A DNA stretch of 64,000 bases from an uncultured Acidimicrobiales bacterium (GCA_963803845.1 CAWDNZ010000005.1:471484-535483), one strand, 5' to 3'. Positions 22,372 to 32,074 are shown, counted from the stretch's first letter. Numbers and translations: made by a program. Notes: generated from the letters alone by a model not told the origin.

Positions 22372-23538
22372 ATGGACCTGAAGCTCGACGACGACGAACT
22401 GAACATGTGTGTTCAGTGCGGGCTGTGCCTTCCCCACTGCCCCACCTACCGGGTGACCGGCGAGGAGGCCAAGTCTCCCCGAGGTCGGATCCACTTGATG
22501 CGCGAGGTGCAGTTGCATGGTGCACCGGTGACCGCCGAGGTGTTGAATTCTTTCGAGACCTGTGTGCAATGCCGCGGTTGTGAGCCGGCATGTCCCTCCG
22601 GGGTGCCCTACGGCCACCTGATGGAACGAACCCGCGAGGCGCTGGCCGATGACGGGCAGATGACCCCCCTGTGGCAGCGACTGGCGATGAAGCCCCTGGG
22701 CCATCCCCACGTTCTGGGGGCCGGATCCAAAGCCATCGCTGCAGCCCAGCGCCTGCATCTGATCCCGAAGCGGTTGGGGATCAGTGCCGACGTGCCGTTC
22801 CGACAGAGTCCGCTCACCCCATCGGGGACCGACGTGATCATGTTCACCGGCTGCGTGATGGACGCCTGGCAGCGCAACGTGCACCAGGCCGGCCAAAAGG
22901 TTTTGGAAGCCGCCGGATTTGGCGTAACGCCGAGCGGCCCCATGGCGCCGTGCTGCGGCGCCCTGCACGCCCACGCCGGCTTGGCCAACGACACCCGCTC
23001 CTTCGCCAGGAGCATGATGGAGGCCTTTTCCACAGGTGCGCTCGCCGCTGCCCCGATCATCGTTGATTCCGCCGGTTGCGGGGCGCAGATGAAGGACTAC
23101 GGCCATTTGCTGGGCACCTCGGAGGCAGAGGCGTTCAGCGCTCGCGTGTTCGACATCTGTGAATTCCTCGCTCAGAACCTCGACCAGCTGCCAGCGGGCA
23201 CAAAGCTGCCTCACACGGTGGCTGTCCAGGATCCGTGTCATCTCCGCCATGTGCAGCGAGTGCATCAGGCCACCCGTGATGTGCTGGGTCGGTATGTCCC
23301 CAACCTGGTGGAACTGGACGATGACGGGCTCTGTTGTGGAGCCGGTGGAGCCTATTCGGTGATGCAACCCGAGCTGGCTGGACAGATCCGCGACCGGAAG
23401 GTCGATGCCATCAACGCCAAGAAGCCGGATTTCGTAGCCAGTGCCAATCCAGGGTGCTCAATGCACTTGGGGGCGGCGGGTGTGCCCACTATCCACCCGA
23501 TGGAGTTGGTAGCCCGTGCTCTCGGATTTGAGCACTAG
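22372..23538 (+). CDS. glcF: glycolate oxidase iron-sulfur subunit GlcF
   Basis: Two 4Fe-4S motifs (CVQCGLCLPHCP, CVQCRGCEPACP) followed by two CCG cysteine-rich domains. Confidence 0.9.
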   Translation: MDLKLDDDELNMCVQCGLCLPHCPTYRVTGEEAKSPRGRIHLMREVQLHGAPVTAEVLNSFETCVQCRGCEPACPSGVPYGHLMERTREALADDGQMTPLWQRLAMKPLGHPHVLGAGSKAIAAAQRLHLIPKRLGISADVPFRQSPLTPSGTDVIMFTGCVMDAWQRNVHQAGQKVLEAAGFGVTPSGPMAPCCGALHAHAGLANDTRSFARSMMEAFSTGALAAAPIIVDSAGCGAQMKDYGHLLGTSEAEAFSARVFDICEFLAQNLDQLPAGTKLPHTVAVQDPCHLRHVQRVHQATRDVLGRYVPNLVELDDDGLCCGAGGAYSVMQPELAGQIRDRKVDAINAKKPDFVASANPGCSMHLGAAGVPTIHPMELVARALGFEH

Positions 23539-23580
23539 ACGCATCTGAGCACTGCTCGCTCCTGGGCCAAAACGCAGGAA

Positions 23581-23609
23581 AGCCCGGACCCCCACTGGGG
23601 ATCCGGGCT
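23581..23609. terminator. GC-rich hairpin between convergent glcF and hup (bidirectional terminator candidate)
   Basis: AGCCCGGAcCCCCactGGGGaTCCGGGCT reads as a nested perfect stem. Confidence 0.6.
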
Positions 23610-23622
23610 TACGGTGCGAGAT

Positions 23623-23916
23623 CTACCGGGTCTTCTTGGAGCCCAACAGCCATTCCTTCATGGGGGCGGACGTAGCGAGCTTGAGCGAGCGGCTCTTGCC
23701 GATCTTCAGTGGCTCGCCGGTCTGCGGGTTGCGTCCGGTCCGGGGAGCGCGCTCGCCCATGGAGAACGTTCCGAAGCCCGGCCATGCGACCTTCTCGCCG
23801 CTCTTGACGGTCTCGGCGGCGTGGTCGAAGAAGGCAGCGAGGACGGCCTCGGTGGTCTTCTTGTCGGCGTCGGCCTTGTCAGCAACGCTCGAGATCAGTT
23901 CAGCTTTTGTAGCCAT
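23623..23916 (-). CDS. hup: HU-family nucleoid-associated DNA-binding protein
   Basis: MATKAELISSVADKA...GFGTFSMGERAPRTGRNPQTGEPLKI is the HU/IHF signature. The ORF track extends to 24024, but ATG 23916 gives the canonical N terminus. Confidence 0.9.
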   Translation of the reverse strand: MATKAELISSVADKADADKKTTEAVLAAFFDHAAETVKSGEKVAWPGFGTFSMGERAPRTGRNPQTGEPLKIGKSRSLKLATSAPMKEWLLGSKKTR

Positions 23917-24196
23917 TTCAACTCCTCTTGCACAAATGTGCGGGTTTGGGATTAACGCACCACGAATGGCGGTGCGAGCATTAGGTAAGCAGCGTTTCTG
24001 GCCAAGGTGGCGGATTCCGCCCATATTTGCTGAGCAATCTCCAAATCCGTGCCCTCAACCCCGCTATCTATACGGGCCTGTTTTCCACAGCCCCGTAGGT
24101 ACGGGCGTTGTGGGGTCCAGCGCGCAACGAGGGTGAACGGAGTGACATTTGGCGGCTGCGTTCTCCTCGGCAAATCGCCGTGCGAAACTTATTGGG

Positions 24197-24808
24197 ATGA
24201 TTCACAAGACCGGCGCAGCCATGATCGCATTTGCAATCTTGTTAGGAGCTTGTGGCTCCTCTGACGATTTGGCCCAACAGTCCGAGGATCAAACGGTCGA
24301 CGGTGCCATGGATAGTGACGCCGATGCCGTGGATGGCGAGATGGATCCCATGGACGGAGATGCCGATGCCATGGGTGAGATGAACATGGGCGACATCAAT
24401 GCCACTCCTGCTGATGAAGTTGCAGACGCTGAGTTGCAGACTGGATCGTTCGAACTGCTGGAGACCCGGCCGTCGGGCTACGACGATCTCACCGGATCGG
24501 CGGCGATCGCGCGGTCACCGGCCGGAACAACCGTGACTATTGAACTGCAGGGCCTCGAGCCGGAAGTTGACTACATCGCCCACCTCCACAGCGGCGAATG
24601 CAGCACCACCAGCGACCACTACATGTTCGATCTTTCGGGACCGGCCACACCACCAAACGAGATTCATCTTGCATTTACCTCCGCTGCTGACGGCTCGGGT
24701 TCGATGACCGCCGAGAACGATGCCACTGCAGGGCCGGAAGGCCAATCGGTCATCGTCCACCGCTCCGACTTGCTCGACAACAAGATCGCCTGTGCTCAGT
24801 TCTCCTAG
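24197..24808 (+). CDS. lipoprotein with Met/Asp-rich N-terminal region and a beta-rich C-terminal domain (possible Cu-binding, SOD-like fold)
   Basis: Lipobox AILLGAC|GSS, then the region DGAMDSDADAVDGEMDPMDGDADAMGEMNMGD and a HLHSGEC segment. Adjacent to the CopC gene. Confidence 0.55.
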   Translation: MIHKTGAAMIAFAILLGACGSSDDLAQQSEDQTVDGAMDSDADAVDGEMDPMDGDADAMGEMNMGDINATPADEVADAELQTGSFELLETRPSGYDDLTGSAAIARSPAGTTVTIELQGLEPEVDYIAHLHSGECSTTSDHYMFDLSGPATPPNEIHLAFTSAADGSGSMTAENDATAGPEGQSVIVHRSDLLDNKIACAQFS

Positions 24809-25340
24809 CGGAACCCGCCGGGTCACCGCACTCCTGTTCTTCGCATTACTCCTCCTTCCGCTTTTTGCGGTGCCGGCGTTCGCTCACGGTGGCATCGTTC
24901 AGGGCGTCCCCGGTCCGGGCCAGAGCGTCGGTGGCACGGTGGAAAACGTCCAGTTGCTCTTTGCCGAACCGGTAAATGAGGCGGTGGTGACCGTCGAGGA
25001 TTCGAATGGGGTGCTTCTTGCCGGAACACTCAATCAACCCGTCTCCAATCTGTTGGAGTTGTCGACCAGTGGCATCACTGTGAACGATGACTACATCGTG
25101 CGCTACTTCGTGACCTTCGATGATGGCGTGGAGTTCAGCTCGGCCTACCAATTCACGTATTCGGAGAGTTCGCCCGCCCCTCTGCCAATCGACCCTGCTT
25201 CGGTAGCGCTCTCCCGAGGCCTGAGTGTCCCCGGTCTGCTCATCGGGCTCGCAGCCGCCATCGTCGTTCTCTTACTACTGCGCCTCGTGCTTCGGTTGAA
25301 GCAGTTCCGCTCCGTCGGCAGCGCCGCAATCTCCGCCTAG
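24792..25340 (+). CDS. copC: CopC-domain copper resistance protein with C-terminal membrane anchor
   Basis: Signal peptide ending AFA|HGG (N-terminal His after cleavage, as in CopC), a beta-rich domain, and a C-terminal TM segment. GTG 24792 was chosen to limit overlap with the upstream gene. Confidence 0.6.
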   Translation: MLSSPSGTRRVTALLFFALLLLPLFAVPAFAHGGIVQGVPGPGQSVGGTVENVQLLFAEPVNEAVVTVEDSNGVLLAGTLNQPVSNLLELSTSGITVNDDYIVRYFVTFDDGVEFSSAYQFTYSESSPAPLPIDPASVALSRGLSVPGLLIGLAAAIVVLLLLRLVLRLKQFRSVGSAAISA

Positions 25341-25375
25341 GAACACATTCAGGCCGAGACCGGTTACACAGGCTC

Positions 25376-26788
25376 ATGGCATCAACCACACCCCAGGCAA
25401 TCGTGATCGGCTCCGGCTCGGGCGGGCTCACCGTGGCGATCGGGCTCGCCCGTATCGGGCGCTCCGCAATCCTGGTCGAGGATCACTACGTTGGCGGCGA
25501 TTGCACCAACGTAGGCTGCATCCCGTCGAAATCACTGCTGCACCACGCGGCCGACGGTGTCCTGGCCCCGGCCGAGGCTTTGAACCAGGTGCGGGCCAGT
25601 CGGAACGCACTCCGGGACCACGAGACCGAACTGGTGAAGACAGGGACAGAACGACTCGACTTCCGGGTGGGGCGGGGCCGGCTTCTCTCGCCGGGACGGG
25701 TGGAAATCACCGCCCCGGACGGCTCTACCGAGATCGTGGAGGCTCCGAACGTAGTAGTGGCCACCGGTTCCCGACCCCGAGCTCTCGAAATTGCCGGCCT
25801 GCCTCCGGAGTTGTTGCTCACCAACAACAATCTCTTCGAGCTGGAGACCGCCCCAAAACACTTGGCAATCATCGGCGGAGGTCCAATCGGCGTGGAAATG
25901 GCGACCGCCTTCCGGCGGATGGGGTCTCAGGTCACGATCGTGGAGTTCCTGCCGCAAATTCTGACGCAAATGCTGCCAGAAGCGGCGGTGATTGTTCATC
26001 GGTCATTGGAGGCGATGGGTGTTCGCATTGTCGTGAGCGCCAAGGCCACATCCTTCGAGCCTTCCACCGGGACCTTGGTGGCCGAACCGGTTGGCAACGC
26101 TGAACCGGTGGCGCCGATTTCTGGTGTCGATGCGGTGCTGGTGTCGGTGGGGAGGCTTCCCAACTCTGAGAATCTCGGCCTCGAGGACTTGGACGTCGCC
26201 ATGGATACGGGCGGGCGGATTGTGATCGACGACAAGGGTCGCACCAACGTTGCCGGGCTCTGGGCGTGCGGCGACGTCACGGACCGAGGTGGAACCACCC
26301 ACGCCGCCGGGGCCTGGGGGCGACGGATCCTGCGGGCAATGGTGAGCGGTCCCCTTCCTCTGCCCGACGTCCCACAAATGCCGGCGGCGGTTTTCGGCGA
26401 CCCGGAGGCAGCATGGATCGGGGTGCAGCCGGCCGAGGTCCCGTCAGACGTACGTCGGATCACGGTGGACACCTCCGACATCGACCGGAGCTACACCGAT
26501 GAGGCCGGCGCCGGGATCGTCATCGTGGACGTTCGCCGGTTCACCGGCAAGATCCTGGGGGCCACGATCGTTGGACCCCGAGCGGGCGAGTTGATTGGCA
26601 CGGTGAGTCTTTCGATGAAGAACGACGTGCCGTTCCACAAGTGGTACGGCACGGTGTGGCCCTATCCCACTTATTCCGACGGGCTCAGTCGCGCGGTTGA
26701 CGCATACATCGCCGAGGCGCTGCCATCGGTCCACAAAGACGCCGTTCGCTGGGCCGCCGGAAGAGCGAAGTCGCTGCTCAAGCGCTGA
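25376..26788 (+). CDS. FAD-dependent pyridine nucleotide-disulfide oxidoreductase (dihydrolipoamide dehydrogenase / mercuric reductase-like class I)
   Basis: GSGSGG dinucleotide motif, redox-active disulfide GGDCTNVGCIPSK, second Rossmann motif IIGGGPIGVEMA. Confidence 0.85.
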   Translation: MASTTPQAIVIGSGSGGLTVAIGLARIGRSAILVEDHYVGGDCTNVGCIPSKSLLHHAADGVLAPAEALNQVRASRNALRDHETELVKTGTERLDFRVGRGRLLSPGRVEITAPDGSTEIVEAPNVVVATGSRPRALEIAGLPPELLLTNNNLFELETAPKHLAIIGGGPIGVEMATAFRRMGSQVTIVEFLPQILTQMLPEAAVIVHRSLEAMGVRIVVSAKATSFEPSTGTLVAEPVGNAEPVAPISGVDAVLVSVGRLPNSENLGLEDLDVAMDTGGRIVIDDKGRTNVAGLWACGDVTDRGGTTHAAGAWGRRILRAMVSGPLPLPDVPQMPAAVFGDPEAAWIGVQPAEVPSDVRRITVDTSDIDRSYTDEAGAGIVIVDVRRFTGKILGATIVGPRAGELIGTVSLSMKNDVPFHKWYGTVWPYPTYSDGLSRAVDAYIAEALPSVHKDAVRWAAGRAKSLLKR

Positions 26789-26885
26789 ATCACTCGACCG
26801 TCGTCTGGGACCTTCGGCTCTGCACCATCGAAACGGCTGCACTGATGATGAAGGTAAAGCTGATCGAGATGGCGAGGAGGTCATC

Positions 26886-27773
26886 ATGCGCAACCTCGTT
26901 GTCGGTGTGGATGGAGCGGCGGCGTCACGACGCGCCCTCGAATGGGCGGCGGCAGTCGTCGGGCGGAGCGGTCACCTCCACACGGTGTCGGCGGTGTCGC
27001 CGGCGACGGAGCTGGCCGTGGTTCCCCCGCCGACCGGCCCACAGACGCACCTCGATTTTCTGCAGCACGAACTCGAGACGGCTTGGACCGACCACATCCG
27101 TCCCGGGGTCGGCACGTTCACGGCGACCGCCATGGAGGGCTTCGCCGCCGATGCGCTGGCAGCCGTCGCCGCAGAACATCAGGCGGATGCGATCGTGGTC
27201 GGTGCCCATGTGCCGCTCTACACGATGCCGAAGACGATCGGCGTCACCACCCGTCAGCTTCTGAAGACGCTGGACTTTCCGCTGATCGTGGTCCCCGACG
27301 AATTCATAGGCAGACTCGGTGGCGACCGTCCGATCATCGTCGGCGTCGGGCACGGAGCGGCGACCGAAGCGGCGGTTTGCTGGGCGGCGCAGCTGGCCGA
27401 CGAGCGCGGTCTTGCGATCGGTTTGGTGCGGGCAACTGGGGAGGGGCCAGTGTTCCATGGCGATGGCCTCCTCAACCTGCTGGCGTACTACATCGATCCG
27501 GCCAAGCGCCTTGAGTGGACCAGAGAAGACCTCGCCGATTTCGCCAATGAGGTACAGACCATGACCGCCCAGGAGCTGTCGATCGGTGTGTGGGCGCCTA
27601 CCGGGCTTCCCGCCGTGCGTCTCACCGACGCCAGCGAGACCGCCGCTTTGCTCGTGATCGGCCAGCATCGCTCGATCGTCACAGGCCAACCACACACCAC
27701 CCAACCTTTGCGTCACGCGTTGACCCACTCCCGGTGCCCAGTCGCCGTGATTCCGGCCGACCTCGAGTCGTGA
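26886..27773 (+). CDS. tandem universal stress protein (UspA family)
   Basis: MRNLVVGVDGAAASRRALEWAA and a second IIVGVGHGAATEAAVCWAA repeat; GAGGAGG RBS before ATG 26886. The ORF-track start at 26697 is probably too far upstream. Confidence 0.75.
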   Translation: MRNLVVGVDGAAASRRALEWAAAVVGRSGHLHTVSAVSPATELAVVPPPTGPQTHLDFLQHELETAWTDHIRPGVGTFTATAMEGFAADALAAVAAEHQADAIVVGAHVPLYTMPKTIGVTTRQLLKTLDFPLIVVPDEFIGRLGGDRPIIVGVGHGAATEAAVCWAAQLADERGLAIGLVRATGEGPVFHGDGLLNLLAYYIDPAKRLEWTREDLADFANEVQTMTAQELSIGVWAPTGLPAVRLTDASETAALLVIGQHRSIVTGQPHTTQPLRHALTHSRCPVAVIPADLES

Positions 27774-27782
27774 ACTAGATCG

Positions 27783-30185
27783 ATGGCGCTGGTATCCGAG
27801 GCGATCGAGCTGCACGGATTGTCGACCACTGAGGTCGACGAGCGGATTCGGGCCGGGAAGGTCAACCACCTGCCCGATCAGACATCGCGCTCGTACGGCG
27901 GAATCATCCGCAGCAATGTCCTGACTCGTTTCAACCTGATCATCTCGGTCTTGGCCGGTGTTGTACTGGCGGTCGGCTCTCCTGTGGACGCTCTGTTCGC
28001 CGGAGTGATGGTGCTGAATGCGTTGGTCGGGATTGTGCAAGAGATCCGCGCCAAGCGCACGCTCGACCGGCTCCGGATCCTCGTGACGCCGATGGTCACC
28101 GTCCGTCGAGACGGGGTGTCTGCGCAGATTCCGCCAGAGCAGGTCGTCCTCGGCGACCTGCTGGAACTGATCCAGGGCGACCAGGTGCCCGTCGACGGCA
28201 CGATCGTCCGTGGCGAATCGATGGAGGTCGACGAGTCGGCGTTGACCGGTGAGTCTGATGCCGTGCTCAAGCTCGAGGGCGACGAGGTGATGTCGGGTAG
28301 TGCCGTCATGTCTGGATCTGCGGTCGTGGTGGCTGAACGGGTCGGGGCCGACGCGGGGATCCACCGTCTGATCGCCCAGGCCAAGGAGTACGTGTTGGCC
28401 ACCTCCGAGCTGCGCTCGGGCGTCGACCAGATCTTGCGGATCGTCGGCTGGATACTGATCCCCCTCGCCACACTGCTGTTGTGGAGTCAGCTTCGCGCCA
28501 ACAGCTCGACGAGCGACGGATTGATCTCGGCGGTGGCCGGTGTGGTCGGGCTCGTGCCACAGGGTCTGGTGCTGCTCGTCAGCATGGCGCTCGCTGTCGC
28601 TGTGATCCGGTTAGCGCGAGAACACGTGGTCGTCCAGGAACTGCATGCTGTCGAGGGGCTGGCCCGGGTCGACGTGTTCTGCGTCGACAAGACCGGAACG
28701 CTGACGACCGGGACGATGCAGGTCGAGCGGTTCGATCCGATCGACACCGACCTTGCCGTCGTGCAGCAGGCGGTGTCGTCGTTGATGCGCACCGACCCGA
28801 ACCCGACGACCACGTTGCGGGTGATCGGCGACCGTGTCGGGCAGATCGGGCAGTGGGACGTCGAGCACCACGTGCCGTTCTCATCGGTTCGCAAATGGAG
28901 CGGGGCGTCGTTCGAGATCGCAGCGCACGACGATCGTACCGACGACACGGATTGTGCCGAGAGTACCGAACCAACGGATCGGACCTGGATCCTGGGGGCT
29001 CCGGAGATCCTGCTCGCCGCGGTCGACCCGGTGGTGGTGGCTTCGATCACCCCGGATATCGAGCAGGCGATCAACGACGCCAACCGTGTGGTGCTAATCG
29101 CTTCCGCCTCTGAGTTACTGACCGAGTCGGTGCTGCCCGAGCGGCTGACCGCGCGCGCCGTGATCGCGCTGTCCGAGCAGATCCGGCCCGATGCCCGGGC
29201 GACGATGGAGTACTTCCGTCGTCAGAACGTGACGATCAAGGTGATCTCCGGTGACAACCCGGCGACCGTGTCCGCGGTTGCATCGCGGATCGGGCTCGAA
29301 CACGCGGATAGGGCGATCGACATGCGCCGCGTGGATACCGATGACCAGGTGGCGTTGATCGAACTGATCGAGCACAACGCTGTGTTCGGCAGGGTGCTGC
29401 CCGAACAGAAGCGGGCACTCGTCGGTGCTCTGCAGCGGGCGGGTCACACGGTGGCCATGACCGGTGACGGCGTCAACGACATCCCGGCTCTCAAGCTGGC
29501 CGACATCGGGATCGCGATGGACACCGCTACCCCGGCGACGAAGGCGATCTCGCAGCTGGTGCTGCTCGACGGACGATTCGACCGGATGCCGAACGTCGTT
29601 GCCGAGGGTCGCCGCGTTATCGCCAACATGGAGCGGGTGTCGGCGTTGTTCGTCACCAAGACCGTGTACGCCGCCTTATTCGCTCTGACGATCGGCCTGT
29701 CGGGCTCGATCTTCCCGTTCCTCCCGAGACAGATGAGCCTCGTCTCCGAGCTCACGATCGGACTGCCGGCGTTTGTCCTCAGCTTCCGAGCCGCTGACGA
29801 TCCGTGCCGCCCGGGTTACCTACAACGGGTGCTGAGATTCGCGCTGCCGGGCGGCTTCGCCGCAGCATTCGTGACGCTGACGGCGTACTGGATCGCACGC
29901 TCGCCGCTCGTCGACGCCACGCTCGAGCAAGCCCGTACGGCGTCGACGGTCGCCCTCGTGCTGTTTGCCTTCTGGGTGCTGTACGTCCTGATGACACCGG
30001 TTGATCGGCTGGACGCGATCCTGCTGTCTTCGCTGATCGCGATGTTCGCGCTGACGCTGGCGATCGGTCCCGTCCGCGACTTCTACAAGCTGGACTCGCT
30101 ACCGCCAGCGGGCATCGTGTCAACGGCGGTGACCGTCGTCGTCGGCATCGTGATCTCCCAGATCGTCGTGCGGCTGCGCCGTTAG
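27783..30185 (+). CDS. cation-transporting P-type ATPase (type II/III, Ca2+/Mg2+-like)
   Basis: TGES, phosphorylation site CVDKTGTLTTG, hinge MTGDGVNDIPALK, and about 10 TM segments. Confidence 0.9.
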   Translation: MALVSEAIELHGLSTTEVDERIRAGKVNHLPDQTSRSYGGIIRSNVLTRFNLIISVLAGVVLAVGSPVDALFAGVMVLNALVGIVQEIRAKRTLDRLRILVTPMVTVRRDGVSAQIPPEQVVLGDLLELIQGDQVPVDGTIVRGESMEVDESALTGESDAVLKLEGDEVMSGSAVMSGSAVVVAERVGADAGIHRLIAQAKEYVLATSELRSGVDQILRIVGWILIPLATLLLWSQLRANSSTSDGLISAVAGVVGLVPQGLVLLVSMALAVAVIRLAREHVVVQELHAVEGLARVDVFCVDKTGTLTTGTMQVERFDPIDTDLAVVQQAVSSLMRTDPNPTTTLRVIGDRVGQIGQWDVEHHVPFSSVRKWSGASFEIAAHDDRTDDTDCAESTEPTDRTWILGAPEILLAAVDPVVVASITPDIEQAINDANRVVLIASASELLTESVLPERLTARAVIALSEQIRPDARATMEYFRRQNVTIKVISGDNPATVSAVASRIGLEHADRAIDMRRVDTDDQVALIELIEHNAVFGRVLPEQKRALVGALQRAGHTVAMTGDGVNDIPALKLADIGIAMDTATPATKAISQLVLLDGRFDRMPNVVAEGRRVIANMERVSALFVTKTVYAALFALTIGLSGSIFPFLPRQMSLVSELTIGLPAFVLSFRAADDPCRPGYLQRVLRFALPGGFAAAFVTLTAYWIARSPLVDATLEQARTASTVALVLFAFWVLYVLMTPVDRLDAILLSSLIAMFALTLAIGPVRDFYKLDSLPPAGIVSTAVTVVVGIVISQIVVRLRR

Positions 30186-30312
30186 CCAGGAACATGCGGC
30201 GGCGAGGGGACTTCAACCCTGCCCGCCCTGCTGAGCGGTCAGCCCCAGTGGTACCCACGGTCTACATCAAGGTGAGGGGAGCTGGAAGGCCAGCCACCCT
30301 GAGCGTCGGCTT

Positions 30313-31950
30313 CTAATAGCGTTCGCGGCGGACTTCGATCTGGCGGCCCTTGATGGTGCCGTTGGCCATGGCGGAGATCACGTCGTCGGCGGAATCCTCA
30401 GGCACCTCGACCAGCGTGAATGTTTCCCGGATGTCGATGTTGCCGATCTCCTTGCCGGAGAGGCCAGACTCTCCGGCGAAAGCCCCCACGATGTCGCCGG
30501 GTCGGACCCCGTAGTTGTAGCCGGCTGCCACGAAGAGCCGGATCATCCCGGGCTCAACTTCACGCTGACGGCGTTCGGCTCCTCGCCGCCGATTGGGGTC
30601 ATTGGCCTCAGGGCTCGGTTGTACGCGGCGATCCGAGGCGGCCGGCGCCGGGGCCGGCGACTTCAGAAGCAACGGGAGGTCGGCGCCGGGTTTCACTTCG
30701 CGTTGCAGGGCCCGGTGGGCCAGATCCATGGCAGCAGCCGCAACGTCGGCTACGTCGAATTCGGCCGCAAGCTGGTGTACCGACTGAAGAAATCGGGGTG
30801 TTGGCTGGGCGCTCACCCTGGTGAGCTGGTCACGAACCAACTGTTCGATCCGGTCGGTGCGCATGGCTTCAACCCCGGCCTCGTTTGGCAGCGGGGCAGC
30901 ATTCAGCTGAACGCCGCCAACGCGACCGAAGGATCGAAGCAGGTGGCGATGGGTTGGAGCGGAAAGGAGCACCACGCTTTCCGCCCCGGCGCCTGTGGCC
31001 ATTACGAGGAGTTTGGCGTAGTCATCGGTCCAGGTGGGGAGCTTGGCAACGATCACATGACTGAATGGACCGCTCCCCAGTTCTTCGATACTCGCACCGA
31101 TCGTGGCGGTCAGCGCCCTTGTGGCAAAGAAGCGCCGGAAGGTCTGAAGCCGGTCCGGGGCAACCAGGATGGCTGGGTGTTCGGCCCCCAATAGTGCGAT
31201 GGTGCGAGCGACCGTAACGGGATTGGCGTCGACCACCGAGAAGGCGTGTTGGTCGGGGTTCTTGCCCGCAACCGGATCTGTGACCGGAAGCTCTGGTCGG
31301 AGTGGATCGATCAGACGATCGGCGGTGAGATCGAGCAGGGGTGAGAGCAGCGCAGCGGCGAGAACCACCCGCTGACGGTCCTTGGCAAGAAGCTCCAGCA
31401 GACTTCCTAGGACGTCGTGGGAATTACCGATCGCGATGTCGTCGGCTTGATCAACGACGAGCATCTCCACCGCCTCCGTGGAGAGGACTTCTGCCTCGAT
31501 CAGACTGGCGATTCGGTCGGGGGTCCCGATCACAACGTCGAGCGGCTTGGCCAGCAACGCTTCCTGGCTGGCAGAGGTCCCCAGTTCAGACACAATTCCT
31601 AGGCGAATACCGGCTTGGCTGCTGCGCCGGATGAACGCACCGCAAGTCTCGACGGCCGCCGCTATCGGGCCGCAGCGCTCGTCGCTGGACGTGACGACTA
31701 GAGCAACCGGATCGTGCCCAGGTTCGCAGTCCTGGACCAACTCGGCGATGCTTGCCGCTATCGCCATCGTTCGACCCGTTCCCGCCGGTGCCTCGCACAG
31801 CACGTTCCGTTCCGATGCGATCGCCGGAAGAAGCGCAGTTTGGAGCGGGGTGGGTGTCAAATAGCCCGCACCTGTCAGTGCCGAGGCAAGATCGGCGGTC
31901 AGGCCGATCATCTCCCACGTACCTGGCCCTACAACTACCGAATCACCCAT
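30313..31950 (-). CDS. DEAD-box helicase-like protein with degenerate catalytic motifs and a C-terminal DbpA/DeaD-type RNA-binding domain
   Basis: Q motif YLTPTPLQ is kept. Motif I is APAGTGRT (31768-31791), motif II is VVDQADD (DQAD at 31441-31452), and no SAT motif is present. The C terminus GMIRLFVAAGYNYGVRPGDIVGAFAGESGL...IKGRQIEVRRERY is DbpA-like. ATG 31950 is preceded by GGGAGA. Confidence 0.7.
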   Translation of the reverse strand: MGDSVVVGPGTWEMIGLTADLASALTGAGYLTPTPLQTALLPAIASERNVLCEAPAGTGRTMAIAASIAELVQDCEPGHDPVALVVTSSDERCGPIAAAVETCGAFIRRSSQAGIRLGIVSELGTSASQEALLAKPLDVVIGTPDRIASLIEAEVLSTEAVEMLVVDQADDIAIGNSHDVLGSLLELLAKDRQRVVLAAALLSPLLDLTADRLIDPLRPELPVTDPVAGKNPDQHAFSVVDANPVTVARTIALLGAEHPAILVAPDRLQTFRRFFATRALTATIGASIEELGSGPFSHVIVAKLPTWTDDYAKLLVMATGAGAESVVLLSAPTHRHLLRSFGRVGGVQLNAAPLPNEAGVEAMRTDRIEQLVRDQLTRVSAQPTPRFLQSVHQLAAEFDVADVAAAAMDLAHRALQREVKPGADLPLLLKSPAPAPAASDRRVQPSPEANDPNRRRGAERRQREVEPGMIRLFVAAGYNYGVRPGDIVGAFAGESGLSGKEIGNIDIRETFTLVEVPEDSADDVISAMANGTIKGRQIEVRRERY

Positions 31951-32074
31951 CACTGTCTCCCTTGCACACCGAACCGCCCTGCGATTCATCTCGATCAATA
32001 CTGCCCGCGATCGCCAGGTTGTGCACGTTGAACCCGTTCCCAGCGGAGCAGGTGAGCAGTTTTCCCAACAATCG

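Noticed and set aside
26925-28364. 479-aa ORF antisense to the USP and P-type ATPase genes
   Set aside because: It is a shadow ORF in a very GC-rich stretch. The sense-strand genes carry the DKTGT, TGES and USP motifs.
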